Source: a virus
Reading direction: 5' to 3' (one strand)
Virus genome (UHGV): UHGV-0219032
Length of the DNA: 64,000 bases
Positions 18,858-26,785 of the stretch are shown here, in pieces; position 1 is the stretch's first letter; every line of letters starts with the position of its first letter. The position numbers and the translations under genes were made by a program. Below the pieces are notes generated by a model. That model searched no databases and was not told the origin of the DNA. It saw only the letters and a program-made list of their open reading frames with translations.

Positions 18858-20075
18858 TTATTTTTTCATTCCTAAAGTAAAACTTGGAACTTTTGGTATT
18901 CCATTTGTAGGTGTTGTTGGTGGTGTAAACACCTTAGCACTTACAGTAGTTGGAGCATTTTTCTTTTCACAATTTAATTGTTCTTGAGTAACTTCTACTT
19001 CATCTACATTATAAGGTATAGCATCTACTACTATAATTTTATCACTTGTTCTTTTAATTCCTCTTTCTTTCTTAATATCATCTAATGTTTTCATTTGAGT
19101 TTGTAAGTAGAATTTTTCTTGCATTGTTAATTCTTCTTCTTTTAAATCTCCATCTTTTTTATTAGATTTTATATGTCCAATAAATCTAGCAACATAATAT
19201 TTAAATTCTTCTAATTCTACTTCTGTTAAAGCTTTTGTAGTTGGGTCAACAATAGCTCTATAATTTAATAATTGAGTCATATAATTATAAATATTTTCTG
19301 TTTCTGGATTAGAAAAATCTAGCATTTCAACATTTAAATTAATTTCATCTCCAGATTTAATTAATCCTATTGATTTAGTTTCACTATCAACAGTAATAGG
19401 GAATAACATACTAATAGGAATCTTTTTAACTTCTTGTTGTGCTACATCAGAAAATGGTATAGATTTAATAGCACCTTTAGTATATACAACATTTAAGTCA
19501 ATCTTTAAATCATCTACTTCATTTTCATAAGCATTTCTAACATTAGATGGTTTATATTTAATTTGTAAATTTCCCTCATATGTAGATACTTGAGCATTTC
19601 CAGATACATGAACTCTTTTTCCATTTAATTCATTTCTATGTTCTTCAATCCAATCTATTAAATGCCCCATATCAAGTGTTTCAAATTTTAAATCTCCACA
19701 TTCAAATTTTATTACTAGGAAATTTTCACATTGTTCTATTGTTTTTGGGTCTTTTCCTAAAGCATAATCAATTCTAACAGTCTCTTTGCTTCCTTTAGCT
19801 CTAAACATACAAGTTCTTGCAACACCTAAAGTTACATAATCATCTATTGCAAGATATTCTCTATCACCATTATCTGTTTCAATAAAACAATTTATAGCTC
19901 TTGATGTATATTGATTACCATTTTTATTTAAACCATTTTTAATAGTTTTAAATCCATAATTAGTTGTTTTTACACCATTTTTATCATTAATAGTTTCTTT
20001 TTTTGGTTGCTCTGGCATTATATTAAACATTCCTACAAAATCAAATCTTTGATACATCATCTCTAATGGTTTCAT
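18858..20075 (-). CDS. hypothetical protein (possible ssDNA-binding/recombination partner)
   Basis: Conserved position between ATPase and nuclease; no motif recognised. Confidence 0.3.
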   Translation of the reverse strand: MKPLEMMYQRFDFVGMFNIMPEQPKKETINDKNGVKTTNYGFKTIKNGLNKNGNQYTSRAINCFIETDNGDREYLAIDDYVTLGVARTCMFRAKGSKETVRIDYALGKDPKTIEQCENFLVIKFECGDLKFETLDMGHLIDWIEEHRNELNGKRVHVSGNAQVSTYEGNLQIKYKPSNVRNAYENEVDDLKIDLNVVYTKGAIKSIPFSDVAQQEVKKIPISMLFPITVDSETKSIGLIKSGDEINLNVEMLDFSNPETENIYNYMTQLLNYRAIVDPTTKALTEVELEEFKYYVARFIGHIKSNKKDGDLKEEELTMQEKFYLQTQMKTLDDIKKERGIKRTSDKIIVVDAIPYNVDEVEVTQEQLNCEKKNAPTTVSAKVFTPPTTPTNGIPKVPSFTLGMKK

Positions 20076-20242
20076 TATTCACATACCTCCACACTTTTAT
20101 CTTTTTCTTCTTGTTCTTTTTTAATAATTGATAATCTTTCTTCTAAATTTTCTTTATTTAAATATGGGTGCTTTCTACCCATTTTTTCATATTTAGCAAC
20201 ACTTTGTAAATCTTTTAAAATATTAATTTCTCTTTTATCCAT
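20075..20242 (-). CDS. small hypothetical protein (55 aa)
   Basis: ORF MDKREINILKDLQSVAKYEKMGRKHPYLNKE... with RBS ggagg; stop overlaps next ATG (TAATG). Confidence 0.3.
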   Translation of the reverse strand: MDKREINILKDLQSVAKYEKMGRKHPYLNKENLEERLSIIKKEQEEKDKSVEVCE

Positions 20243-20250
20243 AATTCCTC

Positions 20251-20409
20251 CTAAATTCTACCTCTTTTATAAAAATAACTTGATGGGATTCCTTTAGCAA
20301 AAGTTCCATATCCATTATTTTTAAATTTAAATTCTACACCTTGACTTTTCCATTCTCTTATTTTCTCCATCATTGTTTTTTCTTTTTTAACTTCTTTCTC
20401 TTTATTCAT
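20251..20409 (-). CDS. small hypothetical protein (52 aa)
   Basis: ORF MNKEKEVKKEKTMMEKIREWKSQGVEFKFKNNGYGTFAKG... with RBS aggagg, downstream of consensus promoter. Confidence 0.3.
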   Translation of the reverse strand: MNKEKEVKKEKTMMEKIREWKSQGVEFKFKNNGYGTFAKGIPSSYFYKRGRI

Positions 20410-20441
20410 ATTAACCTCCTAAGTTTTCCTTTGATAAATAT

Positions 20442-20470
20442 ATAATATCATATATTTTATTTTTTGTCAA
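20442..20470 (-). promoter_or_regulatory. sigma70-type promoter (TTGACA-N17-TATTAT); -35 overlaps TGA stop of upstream gene
   Basis: Reverse complement ttgacaaaaaataaaatatatgatattat. Confidence 0.5.
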
Positions 20471-21819
20471 GAATTTTTTATATCTTCACAATATTCTTTA
20501 TAATATTTGCAAATATATTCACCATTGTTATCAGTAGCATGTCCACATAAGTTATGGCAATAAAATGGGTCATTATCTATATCTCCAATAGGTGGATAAT
20601 AAAAATCTATGTTTTTATCATCTTTTACATCTGGAATATTTTGCATTTCATTATATGTTGATATGATATAATTTTCCATTTCATCATATATATCTTGAGT
20701 TAAATTATATTCTAAATAATAATCTTTTGCAAATATGTTAAATTTTAATAATATATTTTTAACATCATCTGTAAAATAATCAAAACTATAAGTTTGCTGT
20801 AATATATTTAAATTATAATTTATACTATCTTCACTCAATCCACATTTAATTAATAATTCTTGTAATTTTTTACCAACTTTTTCAAAAAGTTCATTTTTTT
20901 GATATACAATAATATTATTATTTAAATCTAAAAATTCATTAACATCAAATTGTAAACATTTTGAAATCATTTCATCTTTTTTTAATTTTTCAGTAACACC
21001 ATTTTTTTCTAAAAAATCTTTTAATTCTTTAGCTGATTTATTTTTTAATTGCGGCAAAATATTAGGAAATGATACTTCATAATATTTTAACATATTCCAT
21101 CTTACCATTTTAACAGGTATTCCAGTTCTTTTAGTGTACATATAAGCATACATAACTAACTGTCTACCTTTTTCTAATAATTCGCCAGATTTAAATTTTG
21201 TAGATGTTTTAAAATCATCTATTATTGCATATTTTCCATTTTTATCATTAAACCCTAATATTAAATCGGCATATCCTTGTAATGCTAATTTATCTGGAAT
21301 CATTATATCAAATAAAAATGTTTCTAATAATATTTTATCAGCTTTTGGAATTTGATAATTTTGTAAAAAAATTCTAATACATTCTATATAATTCTTTTCT
21401 ATTTTATCACTAGGAAATTTTAATATAGATGTAGCACCAACTTTTGGTATTTTGCTATCTTTATAGATAAATTCAAACTTATCTATCATTTGTTGTCTAG
21501 TACATTTTCCTTTGATAAAATCCTCAAGAACATCATGTATTATTCCACCTAACTTTGAATACACATTATCTTTTCCTCTTTTACCATGTCTTAAATTACC
21601 TTTTTCATCTATCCATTCTTGTATATAAGATAGATAATATTCATACTTACAATTATTAAAAGTTGAAAATTCTGAATAAGAACCAACTTTATAATTATTA
21701 TCTCTTAATAATTTTTTAATAGCTTTTGTTTCTTCAGTATCTTTACTTTTTGGTTTTATATTGATACTTGGAAGTTTAGCTATTTCTTTTTTTGGAATTT
21801 CTATTTTAGGAATTTCCAT
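20467..21819 (-). CDS. PD-(D/E)xK nuclease, RecB/Cas4-like, with C-terminal cysteine cluster
   Basis: GYADLILGF...IIDDFKTS (D..D.K core), C-terminal YCHNLCGH...CKYYKEYC. Confidence 0.5.
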   Translation of the reverse strand: MEIPKIEIPKKEIAKLPSINIKPKSKDTEETKAIKKLLRDNNYKVGSYSEFSTFNNCKYEYYLSYIQEWIDEKGNLRHGKRGKDNVYSKLGGIIHDVLEDFIKGKCTRQQMIDKFEFIYKDSKIPKVGATSILKFPSDKIEKNYIECIRIFLQNYQIPKADKILLETFLFDIMIPDKLALQGYADLILGFNDKNGKYAIIDDFKTSTKFKSGELLEKGRQLVMYAYMYTKRTGIPVKMVRWNMLKYYEVSFPNILPQLKNKSAKELKDFLEKNGVTEKLKKDEMISKCLQFDVNEFLDLNNNIIVYQKNELFEKVGKKLQELLIKCGLSEDSINYNLNILQQTYSFDYFTDDVKNILLKFNIFAKDYYLEYNLTQDIYDEMENYIISTYNEMQNIPDVKDDKNIDFYYPPIGDIDNDPFYCHNLCGHATDNNGEYICKYYKEYCEDIKNS

Positions 21820-21846
21820 TTTACACCTCCATATTTAATATACATA

Positions 21847-21875
21847 ATTATACCATAATGATTTAATTATGTCAA
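21847..21875 (-). promoter_or_regulatory. sigma70-type promoter (TTGACA-N17-TATAAT)
   Basis: Reverse complement ttgacataattaaatcattatggtataat. Confidence 0.55.
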
Positions 21876-22627
21876 GACCAATCTACACGATTTTTTAAAA
21901 ACCATATAGCTATTGCTGTTGCTTCGGCTGTATCTTCTTGCATATTAATACCAGTAATATCCTTAATCATATTAATGGCACTTATTTTTCCAGCTGTTCT
22001 AGTTTTTAATATTCCAAAATGAGACTTCCAAACTGATGGAGATACTAATTCATATTTTATTCCCATTTTTGATAAATGATATAATAATGCTCCTTGAATA
22101 TTAGATAATGCTATTAATACACTAACATTTTTTGTATCATCAGTTTTTAAAAATACATCTTCAATTACAACATAATTAATATTATTTTCTTTAATTCTAA
22201 ATACAATTTCATCTATCATTTTTTCTATTCTTTTATATCTATTATTATCATTTTTTTGAATTAAACCATAATTCACTAGATTATCCTCATTAAAACAACA
22301 ATAACCAGTTTTCTGTGTAGACATATCCAAAGCCATAACTTTTAAATTAAAACTTGGAACTAATTGCATTACTGAACTTAATTCAGTTTTACTTTTTGTC
22401 TTATTAATTTTTTTATTTGGTTCAACTTTTGGTGTTCTAAAACTATATGTAACAGTATTTGACCTTATTTGTTCATAAGGAACTGTTTTAACCCTACCAC
22501 ATTCAGCAAATCTAACTTTATATTTATGTTTTCCATCTATTTCACCTTTGTATTCCTCAACCTTATATATGTGTCCATCTTTAGTTTTGAATACTTGGTT
22601 TACATAAGCATCATAATTAATTTTCAA
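21872..22627 (-). CDS. RuvC-like Holliday junction resolvase
   Basis: KVMALDMSTQKTGYCCF (catalytic D), VVIEDVF (E/D), later TAEATAIA: RuvC/RNase H-fold pattern. Confidence 0.55.
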   Translation of the reverse strand: MKINYDAYVNQVFKTKDGHIYKVEEYKGEIDGKHKYKVRFAECGRVKTVPYEQIRSNTVTYSFRTPKVEPNKKINKTKSKTELSSVMQLVPSFNLKVMALDMSTQKTGYCCFNEDNLVNYGLIQKNDNNRYKRIEKMIDEIVFRIKENNINYVVIEDVFLKTDDTKNVSVLIALSNIQGALLYHLSKMGIKYELVSPSVWKSHFGILKTRTAGKISAINMIKDITGINMQEDTAEATAIAIWFLKNRVDWS

Positions 22628-23291
22628 ATAATATATCCACTTCCTTTTTATATATTTCTTTTATATATTGAACTATTCTATAATCCACTCTTCTTCTACT
22701 TCCATCATTTTTTAAATCCCAAAATCTATCTGGAATTAAATATGATTTTGAATATTTTTTTAATGTGTTATTTTTAAAATAATCGTATATATTTTTTATA
22801 TCATCATATTTGTTAATATCACAAACTAAAGATAAAGACTCCAAAGCTTCATTAATTACCATAACATAATTTACTTTATTATTTTTAATTAATATAGAAT
22901 TTAAATTCAATCTTCTAATTTTTGCATTAAAATATAAATAAGCGTGGAGCAATAAATGTTTCTTTTGAAATCCTATTTTTTTAAATTTTTCTATTTCATC
23001 ATCTTTTAAAAATAATAAATTATCATAATGTTTACTCTTTGAAAATCCACGTAATTTTCTATAAACATCTATTAAATAAAACTCAATAGCTATTTTAATA
23101 CCATTATTATTTCTTAATTTATTTAATTTATCTTTAGTTATAAAATATACAATAATATCTTGTTTTATATCATCAATAGAATAAGAGCAATTTTTACTAT
23201 TATAAATTTTAATTATACTATTACATATTCCACGTGTATATGGTTCTTGTAATTTATTATCTAGTATTTCCAAAAAAACATTTATCTCCAT
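22617..23291 (-). CDS. hypothetical protein
   Basis: ORF only. Confidence 0.3.
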   Translation of the reverse strand: MEINVFLEILDNKLQEPYTRGICNSIIKIYNSKNCSYSIDDIKQDIIVYFITKDKLNKLRNNNGIKIAIEFYLIDVYRKLRGFSKSKHYDNLLFLKDDEIEKFKKIGFQKKHLLLHAYLYFNAKIRRLNLNSILIKNNKVNYVMVINEALESLSLVCDINKYDDIKNIYDYFKNNTLKKYSKSYLIPDRFWDLKNDGSRRRVDYRIVQYIKEIYKKEVDILFEN

Positions 23292-23308
23292 ATATTAATA
23301 ATGGGAGT

Positions 23309-23683
23309 CTAAGCTCCCATTTCTTCCTCCCTATAATTAAAAATTCTTTTTCTTTTTTCTATTAATTTATTTCTACTATCAGATAAAGAATTAATTGTAT
23401 CATCACATTCATCTAATATTATATTTTTTCTTACAGTTAATTTATAGATAATTTTATCTAAAATTTCAACTCTTTTTTGGGTCATGAGTTCTATATCCAT
23501 AATCTCTTTATCTATATTTTTTTCTCTATCTATAAATTTGTTATATAAATTATCTATTGATTTATCAATTAATTCATTTTCTTTTATATTTTTGAATTTA
23601 AATAATCTGTTGATTAATAATATAATTTTTTCTGTGATATTAATTTTCAACAACCTCCTCTTCATAAATACTATCATAAGCAT
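23309..23683 (-). CDS. hypothetical protein
   Basis: ORF only; coiled-coil-like. Confidence 0.3.
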   Translation of the reverse strand: MLMIVFMKRRLLKINITEKIILLINRLFKFKNIKENELIDKSIDNLYNKFIDREKNIDKEIMDIELMTQKRVEILDKIIYKLTVRKNIILDECDDTINSLSDSRNKLIEKRKRIFNYREEEMGA

Positions 23684-23966
23684 TAAGATGAGCTTCTGGT
23701 AATGATTGGTATAAATCTTCTATAATACTCATCAAGCAATCCCTAGATATTTTTGCCACATCTCTTTCTGTTAATTTTCCATCAAAATAACTACTATCCA
23801 TAAGGATTATACCTTCAACCTTTTCTAAGGTATCTGGAGATAATCCAAACTTTTTCATAATTGGATTTAATTTTTTATTTTCAACTATTTCTAATGCTGT
23901 TTTAATCGCCATATTGTTCTCCCCAACCACTAGCCATAGAAGCATTTGCCTTATCATTTTCTTCAA
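23640..23966 (-). CDS. hypothetical protein
   Basis: ORF only. Confidence 0.3.
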   Translation of the reverse strand: MKKMIRQMLLWLVVGENNMAIKTALEIVENKKLNPIMKKFGLSPDTLEKVEGIILMDSSYFDGKLTERDVAKISRDCLMSIIEDLYQSLPEAHLNAYDSIYEEEVVEN

Positions 23967-24831
23967 TTAATTTTTTATTTTCCATTATTTTAGACACAGT
24001 AGTTATTTTATATTGTAATCCCATAATTTCTGAAGTAGTTAAATCAATATTATTGATTTTTACTATTTGTCCATTTGAATTTCTCTCTATATAATAACCA
24101 TCAATCATTTCTATATTATCTATTGGTTGAATTGGTGTTTCTTCAGATTTATTATTTTGAACACTCGCTCCTAATTGATTTTGTAACCAAGCTAAATCTT
24201 TAGCATTATTAGGGTTGAAATCAACCTTATTATCTGATGGCTGTTCAATAGCTTTATCATTATTTATTGATTTAGAAATATTTTTTAATAAATTTCCACT
24301 AGGTGAATTATAATTATCTGGAATAATATTTTTTGCAACATTTAAAGGATTTATTTTTTCTTCTTTTACTTCATGTATATGTTGATCTGGAACATATCTT
24401 GATTCAACATATATTTTTGGTTGCTCTGATAATTTATTTTCTAATTCTTTAATTTTATTATTTAATTCAACATTTTCATTTACTAATTTATTATTTTCTT
24501 TTTCTAATCTTTCTATTTCGCCTTGTAGATAATCAATATCACTTGTATCTTGTTGTATTCCTAGAATTTGAGTTTTTAAATCCTCATTTTCAGCTTTTAA
24601 CATATTATTTTCTTGAATTAATTTTTCGTGTTCAGATTTAATTCTCTCTAATTCAGATTTTACTTTTTCAATATTTTCCACATCAACCTTAAAACTAACT
24701 GTTTGTTCTTTTTTATCATCTTTTGGTAATAAACCAAAATCATTCATATTTTTTAATAAATTAAATAGTTTTTCAACTCCTTCATTACACTCCATTTTTA
24801 AACCATTTGGCATTTCTATTTTACAATTCAT
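23902..24831 (-). CDS. hypothetical coiled-coil protein
   Basis: Long heptad-like E/K/L-rich stretch (residues ~55-135). Confidence 0.35.
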   Translation of the reverse strand: MNCKIEMPNGLKMECNEGVEKLFNLLKNMNDFGLLPKDDKKEQTVSFKVDVENIEKVKSELERIKSEHEKLIQENNMLKAENEDLKTQILGIQQDTSDIDYLQGEIERLEKENNKLVNENVELNNKIKELENKLSEQPKIYVESRYVPDQHIHEVKEEKINPLNVAKNIIPDNYNSPSGNLLKNISKSINNDKAIEQPSDNKVDFNPNNAKDLAWLQNQLGASVQNNKSEETPIQPIDNIEMIDGYYIERNSNGQIVKINNIDLTTSEIMGLQYKITTVSKIMENKKLIEENDKANASMASGWGEQYGD

Positions 24832-24862
24832 TTTATTCCCTCCATTTTATTTAACTTTTATT

Positions 24863-24933
24863 TGAGAACAATAGGATTCGAACCTATATCCTTTACATAA
24901 AAAATGTATATTTTACCTTTAAACTATATTCTC
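24863..24933 (-). tRNA. tRNA, probably Lys (anticodon UUU), minus strand
   Basis: Hand-folded cloverleaf. Acceptor gagaata/tgttctc (with G-U), D-stem gttt/aaat, T-arm atagg-TTCGAAT-cctat, anticodon region tacat-ttttt(t)a-tgta. No encoded CCA. Confidence 0.5.
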
Positions 24934-24983
24934 ATACAAGACCCCAACTAAAGGGTCTAAATAAATAAACTAAATTTATCAAA

Positions 24984-25361
24984 TTATTTTTTATCTATAC
25001 ATGAACCATATATTTCATCATAATTATTTCCAACATAACATGATTCATCATTTTGTATTTCAACAATTTCAATTCCATACTCTTTAGCACAAGTATGTTC
25101 TATTCTACAACCTCTATATTTATCCCAACCTTTAGCAAATACAACTATATCAGCATTTGATAAAACTTGTAATGATTTACCTAAAAACCATAATGGTTTT
25201 GCATCATGTGGACAACCCTCAAAGAAACTATCTAAAATTTCAATTTCACCAAATTTTTCATTTAAATATTTAATAATTTTATTTCTTTCATTTTTAATTT
25301 CTATATCAGTTTTATCTTTCATTGGTTGACTTATAAAAACCTTTTTCATTAAAACCTCCAA
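24984..25361 (-). CDS. nucleoside 2-deoxyribosyltransferase-like protein (DUF4406/DUF1937-like)
   Basis: LWFLGKSL..L.NADIVVFAKGWDKYRGCRIE: pattern recalled from this family. Confidence 0.3.
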   Translation of the reverse strand: MEVLMKKVFISQPMKDKTDIEIKNERNKIIKYLNEKFGEIEILDSFFEGCPHDAKPLWFLGKSLQVLSNADIVVFAKGWDKYRGCRIEHTCAKEYGIEIVEIQNDESCYVGNNYDEIYGSCIDKK

Positions 25362-25426
25362 TCATATTTATATTTTAGGGTGTTGATATTTCACAACACC
25401 CATAAGAACTATTATTTTTTATTCAT

Positions 25427-25528
25427 TCCATTTCTTTCTCTAATAGTTCCCCATACAAATCCAGCAATTAATCCTATAACTAAACCTATTGCTATAAATC
25501 CAGCAGATGTCAAGGTAACACCCCCTTT
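25427..25528 (-). CDS. possible small membrane peptide (33 aa, TTG start)
   Basis: TTG preceded by aaagggggtg RBS; hydrophobic TSAGFIAIGLVIGLIAGFVWG; followed by GC-rich hairpin 25378-25401. Confidence 0.25.
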
Positions 25529-25550
25529 CTAATAAATATAATTATTTATA

Positions 25551-25826
25551 TTAATTAACTGATTCTTTTAATTCTTTTGATGGAGTAAATTTAATTTTCT
25601 TTCTAGCTGGTATTTGAACCTCCTCACCTGTTTGTGGATTTCTACCAACTCTAGCTTGTACATCAACTACTTCAAATTTTCCAAATCCAGTAATTGCTAA
25701 TGGATTATTATTAACAATACCATCTCTTATAATTTCAATTACACATTCAGCAATTTTAGTAGCATCTACTTTTGTTTTAGCTAATCCTTTTTCTACAATT
25801 TCTTCTACAAACTCTTTTTTAGTCAT
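25551..25826 (-). CDS. hup: HU/IHF-family DNA-binding protein
   Basis: GFGKFEVVDVQARVGRNPQTGEEVQIPARKKIKFTPSKELK: canonical HU arm motif; 91 aa. Confidence 0.85.
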   Translation of the reverse strand: MTKKEFVEEIVEKGLAKTKVDATKIAECVIEIIRDGIVNNNPLAITGFGKFEVVDVQARVGRNPQTGEEVQIPARKKIKFTPSKELKESVN

Positions 25827-25890
25827 TTATGACCCTCCTTATTTATTTTTGATATTTTAATTATAACATATTTTTAATTATTTTTCAAGT

Positions 25891-26448
25891 TTATTCACAA
25901 TATATTTCTAATTCAGAATCACTAAAATTTGTATTATCATTTATATCATTAGTGATTGGTATTTTTCCTTGTATTTGTTGATAATATGTTTCAAATTTAG
26001 TTGAATTAAATAATGTTTCTGGTCTTAAATACATATCCATATTAGTACCTAACCAATGTTCAACTTTTAAATCAATAACTTTCAACATATCATCATAAGA
26101 TACACCTTCTTTTAATCTAGCTTTAATAAATTTTAAGTTTGAATTGGTAAATCTATAATTTTTTCCAGCTTTTGAATTTAAATATAATAATACATTTTTT
26201 GAATCATTATCAAATATTAAATCATTGTTTGATTTTTGTTTTAATATCTTTTTAACCCAATCTCCAACTATATTAAATTCTTCTTGTTTTAATACTTTTT
26301 TAATTTTTCTAGCTTCCATACTACTTTGAATTTGTAAATCTTCCAATGTTAATTTGTTATAATTTTCTCCATGTTGAGCAATTATAATAAATAACATCTT
26401 TGATTCAGTAGAGAAATTAGTATGCAAAATATCACTTAAATCTAACAT
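25891..26448 (-). CDS. hypothetical protein
   Basis: ORF only. Confidence 0.3.
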   Translation of the reverse strand: MLDLSDILHTNFSTESKMLFIIIAQHGENYNKLTLEDLQIQSSMEARKIKKVLKQEEFNIVGDWVKKILKQKSNNDLIFDNDSKNVLLYLNSKAGKNYRFTNSNLKFIKARLKEGVSYDDMLKVIDLKVEHWLGTNMDMYLRPETLFNSTKFETYYQQIQGKIPITNDINDNTNFSDSELEIYCE

Positions 26449-26455
26449 ATTCCTC

Positions 26456-26716
26456 CTATCTTAAAATACCTATTCTATATAAGAATTTTATAAAACTACA
26501 AAATAAACCATCTGTACTATGTAAATCTGAAAATCCACCAAAAGTTGTTTGTTTATATACTTGATTATATAATGCCTTTTTAGGATTTTTTATTACACCC
26601 ATACCTTTTTTACCATATAATGGGTCTATACTTCTTTTAAAATTTCTTTTTACTTGAGATGTAGTAGCTCCCATTATTGATTTCTTTAAACTTGGTTTTC
26701 TCATACCTATTTTCAT
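26456..26716 (-). CDS. hypothetical basic protein
   Basis: ORF with RBS aaggag downstream of consensus promoter. Confidence 0.35.
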   Translation of the reverse strand: MKIGMRKPSLKKSIMGATTSQVKRNFKRSIDPLYGKKGMGVIKNPKKALYNQVYKQTTFGGFSDLHSTDGLFCSFIKFLYRIGILR

Positions 26717-26749
26717 ATTAACTCAACTCCTTATATATTTCTTAATTAT

Positions 26750-26778
26750 ATTATACAAGGAGTTGAATAATTTGTCAA
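26750..26778 (-). promoter_or_regulatory. sigma70-type promoter (TTGACA-N17-TATAAT) with -10 bracketed by a 10-bp inverted repeat
   Basis: Reverse complement ttgacaaattattcaactccttgtataat; IR tcaactcctt (26723-26732) / aaggagttga (26757-26766). Confidence 0.55.
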
Positions 26779-26785
26779 GAATTAT

